Shown in pieces: positions 47,090-59,444 of a stretch of DNA of 64,000 nucleotides. A program made the position numbers and the translations under genes. The notes beneath the pieces are model-generated. The model did not search any database, was not told the DNA's origin, and saw only the letters and a program-made list of their open reading frames with translations. Source of the DNA: Squalus acanthias (taxonomy: Eukaryota). The stretch lies in NCBI GenBank assembly GCA_030390025.1, contig CM059432.1, positions 86,740,001 to 86,804,000 on the forward strand. Direction: 5' to 3'. Every line of letters starts with the position of its first letter. Position 1 is the first letter of the stretch.

Positions 47090-48964
47090 GGGGAAGAGTG
47101 TGACTGTCAGTCAGCCGCGTAAGGGGAACATAGGAAAGGTAGTGAAGGAGGTCCACCAGACACTGCTCCTGTCCAACAGGTACAAAGTACTCAATACCTG
47201 TAATGATAAGGAGAAAGACTGTGGGAAGGACAGCCAGAATGCCAACCAAGGCACCATGCAGGAGGCTGTCCAAGGGGAGGAGATGCAGAGTAGAAAGGTT
47301 GTAGTTAAAGGTGATTCTATAATTAGGAGGATAGATAGTATTCTTTGCAGTCAGGATCGAGAGTCCCAAAGGGCAGGTTGCCTACCCGATGCCAGGGTAA
47401 GGGACATCTCAAAATGGCTGGCAAAGATCCTGGAAAGGGAGAAGGAGGATCCAGTTGTTGTGCTACATGTCAGAACCAACGACATAGGAAAGATTAGGGA
47501 AGAGGTCCTGCTAATGGAACATCAAGAGTTAGGAGCTAAATTGAAAAGCAGGAACTCACGGGTAATAAACTCAGGATTATTACCCAAGCCACTTGCAAAT
47601 TGGCATAGGGACAAACAGATTAGGAAAGTCAACACACGGCTAAAGGAGTGGGAAAGGGGGGTTCCATTTCATGGGACACTGGCGCCAGTACTGGGACAGG
47701 CAGGAGCTGTACCGCTGAGACGGGCTGCACCTGAACCAGGTTGGGACCAAGGTCCAAGCGGAAAGGATAACTAGGGCTGTAAATAAGACTTTAAACTAAT
47801 AACAAGGGGGGGGACTGCTAGAAATTACTGAAACCTAACAATAAAAGAATCAGGAAAAGAGTAAAAGAATAACACGAATGGCCAGAGATCAGATGAAGTC
47901 ATAGAGCATAAAGGTAAACTAACTACTAAAAACAAAGAGGCAGGAATAAATAAAAACAATTTTAACTATTGGTACAGCAACAGTTTTACTATTCAAAACA
48001 AAATGGATGAACTGGAGGCAATAATTTGTAGAGGGGTTCCGGATATAGTCGGGATAACTGAAACACAGAACAGGATTGGCAACTAAATATTACTGGATAT
48101 AATACATTTAGGAAGGAAAGGGAAAGAAGGAGGAGTGGTGGAGTAGCTGTATTAGTTAAAGATAACATAATGGTGGTAGAAAAAAAGATGTAACTAGCAG
48201 TAAGACAAAATCCATATGGATTGAGTTAAAAGATAAGAAAGGATCCATCACCCTAATAGGGGTGGGTATACTAGCGACCAAATAGTAAATAAAAAAACTG
48301 AATGGGTTAGAAGAGCAAAGGGATCTAGGGATACAGGTGAATAAATCATTAAAAGCAGCATTGCAGGTCAGCACAACAATTAAAATTGCTAACAAAGCAC
48401 TGGATGTTAAACTTGTATAGGATCTTGGTCAGGCCGCATTTAGAGTACTGTGCACAGTTCTGGTTTCCATACTATAAAAAGGACATCGAAAAACTGGAGA
48501 AAGCGCAAAAAAGATTTACAAGGATAGTACCAGAACTGTGAGATTACAGCTATCAGAAAAGATTGAACAGGTTGGGTCTTTTAGAAAAGAGAAGACTAAG
48601 AGGAGGTCTGATAGAGGTTTTTAAAATTATGAATGGATTGAACAGGGTAGATGTGGAGTAAATGTTTCCACTTGTGGGAGAATCCAAAACTAGGAGCCAT
48701 AAATACAAGATAGTTACTAACAAATCTAATAAGGAAATAAGGAGAAATTTCTTTACTCAGAGAGTAGTTAGAATGTGGAACCCGCTACCACAGGAAGTGG
48801 TCGAGGCAAATAGCTTAGATGCTTTCAAAAGAAAACTAGGCGAGGACATGAGATTAAAGGGAATGAAAAGATATGCTGAAAGGCTGAGGTGCGGTAGATG
48901 GAGCGGGAGCATAAACACCAGCACAGACCTGTTGGGCCAAATGGCCTGTTCTATGTAATTCTAT
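47090..48964 (+). mobile_element. CR1 with ORF1 esterase and APE start fused to the ORF2 3' end (internal deletion at ~48285)
   Basis: ORF 47100-47774 LSNRY, GDSIIR, CLPDARV, HVRTND; 3' MFPLVGESKTRSH...WNPLP. Confidence 0.88.
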
Positions 48965-49679
48965 GGCCCGGGTTTTGCAGTCGGTATGGTGGTGTACTCA
49001 GAGTACGCCGCCATACCTCCTTTGAAATCCACCACAAGTTCGGAATTTCCGCATACTCTTGCACATATGCGAAATCCGGAACTTGCGGTCCGTCAACGTA
49101 TGCGCTGACAGGCCATCCACACACGCACAAAAAAGCAATTGCTGGCGCAGAGTTGGGCTATTTGCCCACCGACTGGCCAGCAACTGTGCACGGAAATCAG
49201 CGTAAGGGGATACCTCAGGCATGATTGAAACATTTTCATATCGGAAATTATACACATACACTGTATCAAATGAGTTTCTGCAAATATTGGCCCGGATTAG
49301 AGTTTTAATGATGTTGAAAATTACCAAAAAATTAAATTTTTAGTGAGGTTGGTGAAATGAAGCTAATTACAAATTGAATTCAAATTCTGTAAATTGTAAT
49401 TAGATAAGATTCGGGGTTCCATTACATAATTACGGGATTCCCTTCGGAAATAATTAAAATCAAATTCTGCTTTGTGATTGGAGGACCAGGCCCACGTGAT
49501 CCCAGGTACGCTTCCGCACCGCCTGCGTCCCTGGGATCCCTGGGCCATTACGCTGCCCTCTGCCTCACATCCTCAGACCGCAAGTTTTCGCAGCCTCGCC
49601 GTCATCAGGTAGGTGCGTAATTCTTTCGCGGGTCGGAGGTGTACTCTGGAGGTATGCCTCCAACTGCAATTTTTGGCCC
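48965..49679. mobile_element. ~715-bp MITE of the GGCCC-TIR type
   Basis: TIRs GGCCCGGGTTTTGCAGTCGG / CCAACTGCAATTTTTGGCCC; subterminal hairpin GGTATGGTGGTGTACTC-A-GAGTACGCCGCCATACC; no clean TSD. Confidence 0.75.
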
Positions 49680-50951
49680 AAAGTCTCCAATACATACTAC
49701 ATTACACAGTGTATTTACCCACTGAGCGGTCATGGTGGCAAATCTTGCTTCATCACCAGAATTGTTTTGATTTTTAGGATTGAAAGAAAACTGTAGATAG
49801 GATGTTCAGCAATGGAGGCTAAGTGGTTGCCAGACAATTCAATCCCTAGCAATAATAAAATAGGTTTGGCTGCCCTGACTGATAAGAGTGCTTGCCTGCT
49901 CGGAGCTGTTCACTAAATAAAACATTCCTTCCAACAACTGAGTAACGGTCAGGGTCAATCCAGCAATACAGAAAGCACAGCTCCTTTTCGTAAATTAGAG
50001 TGCCAATTCCAAAAACTATGAACACTGCAGCAAAGACTATCCTGCTATATAAACTCAAGGACATTTGTTGGCAGATGGCAGCAACTGAGGACTTTCAAAA
50101 ATAATATTGAAACATACACAACTTGATGCTCAGTAGGTAGAAATGGATCTAAAATGATTTTGCATTATTGTGGCCATCCTTTTAAAGTAAAAAAAAATTT
50201 AAATCACAAACACATTTACAAAAGAACATTTTTGTAGAGAACTTGTGATCCGAAAAGTGTTACTCTTCAGTCTTCACATTAAGTAACAACTGTAGACCGT
50301 CGAGGGAGGGGGAGCGAGAGAGCGACCGAGCCTATGCTACACTTTTACATCTGTGAATACCTGAGATTTTGAATCTAGAGATGTGTACTTAACACTGACC
50401 AAAGTTCAACTTTAAAATGCAACAACGAAATTAAAGATTTTAAACAAAATGATTATAATCATGTTACTTCCAATAACGTTTTCATTAAAAAGCAATGGTA
50501 TGTAAACTGCAAAACCTCCTAATGAAAGTCATATTTTGCAAAGAATAATTTGTATGTGACGACATGTGTAATTATGTACAATAAGTGGATTAACTGGAAG
50601 ATGATTCCATATCACCATAAAACTAGTAAACGTGATTCTCTACTGTTTTCATTCAATAGAATTAAATATTTGACAATATCCTACTTGTCCATGCAGAAAA
50701 GTAAAAAAATGCATCTGAGCAGTATCCATATAGCTTGGGGCAAGATGCGAGTCGGGTTTAGCCTCAGCAGGCGTGATTGAGGCGCAAGTATTGAAATTTT
50801 CATTTATGTATTTTGAGTTTAAATTTATTTTTAATTTTCTTCATTTTTAGCTGTTCAATACTAGGAGCTGTTTAAAGTTGATTGCTCGATGCCTTAACTA
50901 TGTTTCAGTAACATGTAATTAATTGGTTACCTATTTTGATGGACCAATAAG

Positions 50952-51207
50952 GGGAACACCACCATCACCTCCAAGTTCTCCTCCAAGTCACACACCATCC
51001 TGACTTGGAAATATATCGCCGATCTTTCATCACCACTGGGTCAAAATCCTGGAACTCCCTACCAGCACTGTGAGAGTACCTTCACCACAAGGACTGCAGC
51101 GGTTCAAGGCGGCGGCTCACCACCACCTTCTCGAGGGCAATTAGGGATGAGCAATAAATGCTGGCCTTGCCAGCGACGCCCACATCCAGTGAATGAATAA
51201 AATAAAA
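50952..51207 (+). mobile_element. LINE 3' end (L2/CR1 group); likely tail donor of the tRNA SINE
   Basis: KSWNSLP...GLQRFKAAAHHHLL then ATAAATGCTGGCCTTGCCAGCGACGCCCACATCC..TGAATGAATAAAA. Confidence 0.75.
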
Positions 51208-51555
51208 CACTGGGTTGCCCTAGGGTCACCAAACAAAAATCAGCACAACACGTGTCCCTTTTAGGGCACCACTAATATAGAAAAGAAACATATGGTCCAA
51301 TCAAACTAAAAGAAGCTCAACATTAGCAACAAAGTCCCAACAAAAGCAAAGGGAACGTTCCCAACTAAATCAGAATTTTGTTACCAGCATCTACAAGATA
51401 TTCTATACCGTGGTGCCCACCGGTCGCGGAAGGCCTCATGTGTACCGTGTAATTAATTGGCTGTTCTCTGGTTGCCCATTGGACTATAGTACAAGTTAAT
51501 ACAGTATAAATTTGAGCTGTGTAGCGAGAGTTCAAGCTCAGAGAGGCCAGTGGAG

Positions 51556-51975
51556 TTTTTTTTTAATTCATTTTCGAGATATGGGCGAGGCGGACATGTA
51601 TTGCCCAACCCAAGTTGCTCAGAGAAGGTTTTGGAGAGCCGCCTTCTTGAACCACGGCATGTAACAGTTTGATGCAACCGAGTGGCTTGCTAGGCCACTT
51701 CAGAGGGTAGTTTAGAGTGAACCACCTGAGTGTGGACTGAAGTCACATTTAGGCCAGTCCAAATAAGGACAGCAAGTTTCCTTCCCTAAAGGACATTAGT
51801 GAAGCTATATTTTTTTTAAACGAGAAAACAGCAGCTTCATGGTCACTTTTACTGATACCAGCTTTTTATTTCCAGAATTTTTAAACTGAATTCAAATTCT
51901 CAAACTGCCAAGGTGGCATTTGAACTCACATTCTCTAGATTACGAGTCCAGTAACATAACCACTGCACTACCATA
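51556..51975 (-). mobile_element. tRNA-derived SINE (older copy of the 5925-6320 family)
   Basis: Shares TTCCTTCCCTAAAGGACATTAGTGAA and CCAGTAACATAACCACT. Confidence 0.8.
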
Positions 51976-53113
51976 CACTATCTACATTTTTATGTTAGAC
52001 ATTTAGACACAAGATGGTAATGCAGGGAAACCTGGTGATGTGTGTAGTGCGATATATGAGCAATCAAGGATCCTCAGGTGTATCTAGGGGCAGCATACTA
52101 CGTGTCAGAAAATGGAGACTCTGTAGCAGAGGATCTCTGTGCTCGAGCAGCAATTGGCCACACTCTGCAGCATCAGAGGTCATACTCTCCAGAATGTGGT
52201 CATTCAAGAGGCAGTGTTAGGCACTTCAAAACACAGGGACAATGTAGAACAAGAGAAGTAAGTGACTATCTGCAAGGGCAGAGTGAGGGAGAGAGACAAA
52301 ATTCACAAGTGAAGGGACCATCCAAGTTACTGGAACTGTCCAATAGATATTTAGTGTTTGACAAATTTGAGGTGGACAGTGACTCAAAGGAGGAAGGTAC
52401 AGAGCAATATTGTGGAACTGTGAAGCAAGGGACTACCCGAAGGGATGAGAAGCAGGTACAAGAATTGGAGAGTGGTAGCAGTGGGGATTCGATGGTCAGA
52501 AGTATAGACAGCTTTTTTAGCAGTTGTGATTGGGAGTCTGAATAGTATGTTGCCTCCCTATTGCCAAGTAAAGAACATAATGAAATGGACGGAAACACTT
52601 TTAGAAAGTGACAAACAGAAGCCAAATGTCTCGGTGCAAATTAGAACCATTGATGGATAGAAGTACATTTGAGGTCTTGCACAGGGAGTTTAAGAAGTTA
52701 GGCACTAGATCAAAAAACAAGACCTCAAAAGGTAGCAATCCCAAGAGTGCTTCCTGTGCCACACACTCCACAGGTTAAGGAGGATGATTAGAAAGGTCAA
52801 TCCATGGCTGCAGAGCTGGTACAGTAGGGAAGCACTCACATTCTTGGGGAATTGGGAGTGGTTTATGGAGCAAGGGAAGGCTATTGAAGAGATGGCCTTC
52901 ACCTGAACTGAATGAACACCAACATCCTTGTGTGAAGGGTGAACAGAGGAGTGGGGAAAGATTTAAACTAATATAGCAGGGAATTGGGAAAGTCTAAAGT
53001 TTGAGACTAGAAGGAAAGTAGGATTAATGGAACTACCAGTATAGAGGTAGATGGCTTAGTTGAAATAGTGAAAAAATACCTTCAGAGGAGAAAGGGAAAG
53101 AACAGGCTTTAAG

Positions 53114-53116
<3 letters not shown>

Positions 53117-53145
<29 letters not shown>
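53117..53145. repeat. (GA)n microsatellite
   Basis: Perfect AG dinucleotide run. Confidence 0.95.
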
Positions 53146-53150
<5 letters not shown>

Positions 53151-54099
53151 ACAGTGTTGTAGAAGAGGCAAGGGATATCAAAAAATTAAATAATAAAACC
53201 AAAAAAAAATTTAAAACTCAGGATGAGTGTATGTATGAGAATGCACAAAGCATTCAAAATAGATTTGGATAATTAGAAGCATTGATAACTATGGAGGGAT
53301 ATGACATAACCTCTAACATAACAGAAACATGGCTCAAGTCTGACTGGACTGGGAATATTCCAGGTTATAGCATTTTCAGGAGAGAAAGGGAAGGTAAAAA
53401 GGGTTGAGTGGCAGTTTTAGCAAAGGATTCTATCAGCGGTAGGATTTAAGGATGTTCAGGTGGTTGTGTTCAGACAGAATCCATATGGATAGATGTAACA
53501 AACAGAATAGTAAATGGTGTACATTACAGGCCACCAATAGAGTGAAGTTAAGATAGAGATGAAGATCTATACACAGTCCAGAGAGATATGCAAGAACAAG
53601 GCAATATTAGGTGATTTCAACTATTCTAGGATAGACTGATGTATAGGTAATGCATGTAATCAAAGTGGGGAACACCTTTTAGAATGCACTCAGAACTGCT
53701 TCCTAGATCAATATGTTTCTAGTGCAACAAAAAGAGTTATCTCAAGTTATGTTAGATGTTAGGAGGTGGTTCTTTTCTCTCAATAGTGGACCTGCACACT
53801 AGGCTGCCGACTTGTGCGGTGAATACTGATTTGCTGAATTCCTTCAAGCGAGAGCTGGACCTGTTTCTGGCGAGGGTGGAGATCACCTCATACAAAAGGC
53901 AGGTACTGTATAACATTAATCAGAGGCAGAGTGGTCTTCCGGACAAATTTTGATCACCTAAGTGGTCGGAGAGGACTTTTCCAGATTTTTTAATCTGTTT
54001 TTTCACCATTCCCTGGAAATTACATGGCTTTTGGGTGGGGTGGGGTGGGGTGGGGTGTGCATATATTGTGATGCACAAAGCATTACAGTTGTGCGGGAT

Positions 54100-55600
54100 T
54101 ACCCAAATATCGATTGGGATAATGCTAGGGTAAAGGGAAATGAGGGGGAGGAATTTTTGAAATGTGTTCAGGAGAATTTCCATGACCAATATGTTCTTGG
54201 CCCAACTAGGAAGGAGGTATTGCTGGATCTGGTGCTGAGGAATAAGGTGGGCCAGGTCGACCAAGTGTCTATGGGAGAACACTTCGGTACGAGTGAACAT
54301 CGTATCATAAGATTTAGATTAGCAATGGAGAGGAGCAAGGAACAATCTAGAGTGGAACTTTTAAACTGGAATAGGGCTAACTTCAATGGAAAAATTGTAA
54401 CGTAACAATGGGTGATCTTTAAGGAGATGTTCCAAGTACAGGCTAGGTACATTTCAACAAGAGGGAAGGGTAAGGGAACCAAAGCAAGGGCTCCTTGGGT
54501 GACGACGGAGATAGAGATAAAGAAACAAAAAAAGGTGCATGATGAATGTCAGGTGAATTCTTCAAGGGAGAACCAGACCAAATACAATAAGTTGAGAGGG
54601 GATGTGAAGATGAAAATAAGATTGGCAAAGAGAGAATATGAGAGTAGATGGCGGTTAACATAAAAGGGAACCCAAAAATCTTCTACCGGCATGTAAACAG
54701 TTAGCGGGTAGTAAGAGCGGGGTGGGGTCTATTCGGGACAAAAGGTGATATATGCTTAGAAGTACAGGGCAAGGCTAGAATACTCAACGAGTACTTTGTA
54801 TCGGTGTTTACCAAGGAGGTGGATGCTGACAAAATATCAGTAGCAGTGGAAAAGGTAGAAGTAATGGAAGGGGTGAAAATTGATAGACAGGATGTACTAG
54901 AAAGGCTGGGTATGCTTAGAGTGGACAAGTCGCCTGGTCCAGATGGCTTGCATCCCAGGTTGCTAAGGGAATTGGGGGAGGAGATAGCGGAAGGGTTTGC
55001 CATAATTTTCCAATCTTCCCTAGATGCAGGGGTCGGGGGGGGGGGCCTGAGGATTGGAAAGTGACAAATGTGACACCATTGTTCAAGAAAGGGTGTAAGG
55101 ACAATCCTAGTAACTACAGGCTGGTCAGTTTAACATCAGTGGTGGGTAAAGTTTTATAAACAATAATCAAGGAAAAAATTAACGGGCACTTGGAGATGTT
55201 TAAGCTAATTAAGTAGAGCCAACACGGATTTGTAAAAGGCAGATCGTGTTTGACTAATCTAATTGAATTTTTTGATGAAGTAACAGGGAGGATTGATGAA
55301 GGGAATGCAATGGATGTTGTCTACATGGATTTTAGGAAGGCGTTTGACAAAGTACCACATAGAAGGCTGGTTAACAAAATTGAGGCTCATGGAATAGGTG
55401 GGTCAGTGGCAGCTTGGATAAGAATTGGCTTAAGGGTAGAAAACAGCGAGTTGTGGTAAATGGCTGTTTTTCAGACTGGAGGATGGTAGACAGTGGCGTT
55501 CCCCAAGGGTCAGTGCTGGGGCCACTGCTAAAATGACCTGGATATTGGAATACAGAGTAGAATTTCTAACTTTGCCGATGACACCAAACTTGGGGGTGTC
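54100..55600 (+). mobile_element. Young CR1 internal fragment, same subfamily as 6951-10799 (inverted)
   Basis: YPNIDWDNARVKG...LGMLRVDKSPGPDGLHPRLLRELGEEIAEG, nearly identical to 8060-9590; lacks its own 3' end. Confidence 0.9.
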
Positions 55601-55609
55601 ACAGCCAGT

Positions 55610-55757
55610 GTCGGAGCAGTGAATGACTGACCGCAACTTCAGGATTTCCACGTTAGGATGCACATGCGCTAAATCCTGAAGTTGCGGTCAGTTTCAAAGG
55701 GGTAATAACAGCGAATGTAGTTCGTTCGCTGTTATTACCCACCGCAAATTCTGGGCC
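55610..55757. mobile_element. MITE terminal fragment with two hairpins
   Basis: Ends AAATTCTGGGCC; perfect stems CTGACCGCAACTTCAGGATTT/AAATCCTGAAGTTGCGGTCAG and GGGTAATAACAGCGAA/TTCGCTGTTATTACCC. Confidence 0.75.
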
Positions 55758-57825
55758 AGAGTCTAAGATAAGGATGCTGGACTGGAAAAAGGCAAAGTCC
55801 AGTGAAATAGAAAGTGATCTTGCCCAAATTAACAGTAGAAAAATTAGCAAATAGGTGGTCAGATCACCAATGGCAAATTTTCTAATGTGAGATGCATAGA
55901 GTGCAAAAGTATATTCCTGTAAGGTAAAAACGGTGCATCAAATAGAGTTCTGTGGATAAATAGAGATTAAAACTATACAAACTTAAAAGGGGCATATGAT
56001 AAAGTTAAGGCTAACAATACTAAAAAGAATATAGAAAGTATAGTAGGATAATGAAAAATGAGATTAGAAGGGCAAAAAAATGAAAAATGTCTAGCAGGTA
56101 ATATCAAAGGAAAGTGAGGGGTTTTAGAAACAAATAAAAAGTAAAAATAATATTTAAAGCACGAGTAGGACTACTCAGGGATCAAAGAAGTCTAATTGTG
56201 AAGGATGATGGTATAGCAAAAATATTTTGCATTGTTTTTTTTTTACAAATGATGGTGGAAGTGAGGACATAGGAATGCGAGAGGAGGATATGTAATTACT
56301 GAGCAGCTAACTGTAGAAAAGGAATTGATTATAAAAAAATAATAGAATGCAAAATTGGTCAGTCTCCGGGTCCTGATAGCATACACCCTAGGCCAGTGAA
56401 AGAAGTCAGAGGAGACAGCAGGGACTATGGCCACAATTTTCACTATTCCTTAAATTTGCAATTTTTGCCATGGGACTGGAGAGCAGCTAATGTAGCACCT
56501 TTGTTTAAGGAGGGACAGAAGAATAAACTACGTAACTATAGACCTGTTAGTCTAATGTGAGCTATGGGCAAATTCTTAGAAACCATAATTTGAGATAAAA
56601 TTAATAAGCATTTAGAAATGTATGGATTAATCAAAGGCAAGTCACATTTGACAAATTTAAGTTTCTTTAACAGAAAGGACCTACTGGATAGATAAATGGA
56701 ATGCAGATATTATGCATATGGATTTTCAGAAGGCATTACAGGAAGATGGCTTGAGGCTTGTTAAAAAAAAAAATCAGATATGTGGTACGAGAGAAAATAA
56801 AGCATCAATGAAAGTTGGTCAACAGACAAGAAATAAAGAGTTAGAGTGAATGAGCTTTGTTCAGATTGGAGAAGGATTGGAAGTCGTGTACTCCACTGGC
56901 CAGTGCCGGATTCTCTTTTGTTCTCAATGTATATAAATAATTTCTACTTGGGTACACTGACTAGAATCTGAACATTTGCTGATGACACAAAAGTAGGTTT
57001 GACCAACAGCGAGGACTGTAAAATACTTGGGAGGATATGGGCAGGTTAGCACAATGGCCAGCTAGATGCAACGTCATGTGGATTAGTGTTAGGCAATACA
57101 TTTTGGGAGGAAAAACATGGAATGGAGCACCCACCTAATAGCAAGACAATCAAGGATGTGCATGAAGAGAGAGCTGGGGGTTCATATACATAATTCCTTG
57201 AAAGTACAAGCGCAGGTAGTTAGAGCCATAAAATAGGTCAATGGCATTTTGGGTTTTATAAATAGGGACATAGAGTACAAGTGTAAATAAATAATTATTT
57301 ACATTGTACAAGGTAATGTTTATGCCATAGTCAAGAGTATTGTGTGCAGTTTTTGATGCCCCATTATAAAAATTAATTAAAGCCATGTAGCATGAACTAT
57401 GTATATTCACCAGGATGATGTCAGAGACAGGAAACTATAGCTATCAGGACAGAATTGAGACACTGGAACTATTTCCACCAGTGAAGAGAGGACCAAGAGG
57501 AGATTAAATAGCGACTTTTAAAATTATGAAGGATTTGTAGAGTGAATGGGGAAAAACTATTTCCTCTGGCTGGGAATTCAGCAACAAGGGGTCATCACTT
57601 CAAAAATTATCAGAGTGGGAGGGAGTGGTTAGAAGAAATTTCACTACACTGTGGCTTGGCATGGAATGCTTTAACACAGAGTGATTGAGGTAGAAACCAT
57701 TACATCTTTTTAAGGGAAAATTGGATAAATATTTCAAGTAGAGGAAGATACAAGGCTGTGGGATTAATTTGGGACTGCTTGAGCAGAGCTGGTACAGACA
57801 TGATGGGCTGATTGGCCTCCTTCTT

Positions 57826-58212
57826 ACATAGGATATATGGCACAGAAACAGGCCGTTCGGACTAACTAGTCCATGCTGGCGTTTATGCTCCTCTCGGGCC
57901 TCCTCCTGTCTTTCCTCATCTAACTATCAGCATAACCCTCTATTCCCTTCTCCCTCATATGCTTGTCTAGCCTCCCCTTAAATGCATCTATACTATTCGC
58001 TTCAACCACTCCCTGTGGTAGCGACTTCCACATTCTCACCACTCTTTGGGTAAAGAAGTTTCTTCTGAATTCACTATTGGATTTCTTGGTGACTATCTTA
58101 TATTGATGGCCTCTAGTTATGCTCTTCCCCACAAGTGGAAACATTCTCTCTGTATCCACTCTATCAAAACTTTTCATAATTTTAAAGACTTCTATTAGGT
58201 CACCCCTCAGCC
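57826..58212 (-). mobile_element. CR1 3' end
   Basis: ORF 57920-58219 LRGDLIEVFKIM...FFTQRVV. Confidence 0.9.
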
Positions 58213-59151
58213 TTAACAATCTTTTTAGACTCCCGTTCTATAACTCTATTTATTCCCTTGCCATCAATGTCCTCCCTTATTTTATTCTTTCCTATGCTCT
58301 TTTCCTGTTCTGTGCTGTGTGGTTCTACTAAAAGTATGCCAAAAATGCAAACTTTAACTATTTGGACACCAATCATTTCCGACTACCACAATATTTGTAC
58401 TAACTTACTAGTTTTCATTTTTCACCAAAGTAACTTGGAAACTCAAAAAACTGTAAATTAGGGTTGCCACTGCTAAAGTACATTATGTTGACATTGCAGA
58501 AAGTATTTGTATCCACATATACGCAACCATAACAACATTGTAGAATGACAATTAAATCTCCAGTGTATATAAGACATCACTATCCCAATTAAGTCAACTA
58601 TAAAATGAAACAATAGTGCTACAACCACCTATTGTTTGTAAAGTAGCGATAACTGTCCTGGGCAAAAATTATGGTGTCACTTCCCAATAACCTAATGGTC
58701 AAATTTACTAACCAGTGTGATGACCTTACTAATCAGCGTGATGACCAAACATTGGCAATTTTGATCAGGTGGATGTACTGTACAACCAATTCATAATTCA
58801 TCAGCACAATAGATCATATGACATGCTCCACAGTTCCCAATATCAGAGGTGCAATTCTCGCAGAATAACTTGAGTGTTAATTTTCTATCTAGTGCCATTG
58901 ATTGATAGGGTCAAATGATTACTTTCAATAACTGATTCCTCCATTTTTACTTACAATATGAATATCTCCTACATTTTACAGAAAATGATGGAGACCAAAA
59001 GGATAATTACTTTCAATGATACTTTGGTAAAAAAAGGGGTAAGGTAACAGAGATAAGAAAAACAGTGGGTGGGAAGAGGAAAGAGAGAGACATATAGCAA
59101 GCAGAATCTGATGGGAGCTGGCTAACACTTGTGCATGGCAGCAATACATCT

Positions 59152-59225
59152 AACGTTAACTCTGTTTCTCTCTCCACGGATGTTGCCTGGCCTGCTGAGT
59201 TTTTCCAGCGTTTTCTGTTGTTGTT
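59152..59225 (+). mobile_element. Penelope-like family A tail fragment (no ribozyme core)
   Basis: AACGTTAACTCTGTTTCTCTCTCCACGGATG...TTTTCTGTTGTT, as at 7809-7880. Confidence 0.8.
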
Positions 59226-59313
59226 CCCATAGGGACACAGGCAGGTAGATGAAAGGACCAACATGGGGAACCCATTTTAGGGGACAGGGAAGGTGACAAA
59301 TCTGGAGTGGGTA

Positions 59314-59444
59314 GAAGAGCAGGAAGGCGGCCGGGGGAGGGGGAGGGGGAGGAGGAGGAAGAAGGGGGGAAGGGGAGGGAAAGGAGGAAAAGGGGAAGGA
59401 GGGAGAGGGCAAGGGAGAGGAAGAAGGAGGGAGAGGAGGAAGAA
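59314..59444. repeat. Polypurine/polypyrimidine tract with G-runs
   Basis: ~130 nt almost purely A/G, including (GGGGGA)3. Confidence 0.85.

Larger units (their letters stand above)
52010..57825 (+). mobile_element. Old full-length CR1 with a nested block at ~53752-55757
   Basis: ORF1 LSNRY, GDSMVRS; ORF2 degenerate YENAQS, TETWL, YRPP, NYRPVSL, FADDTK; 3' tail at ~57810. Confidence 0.75.
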
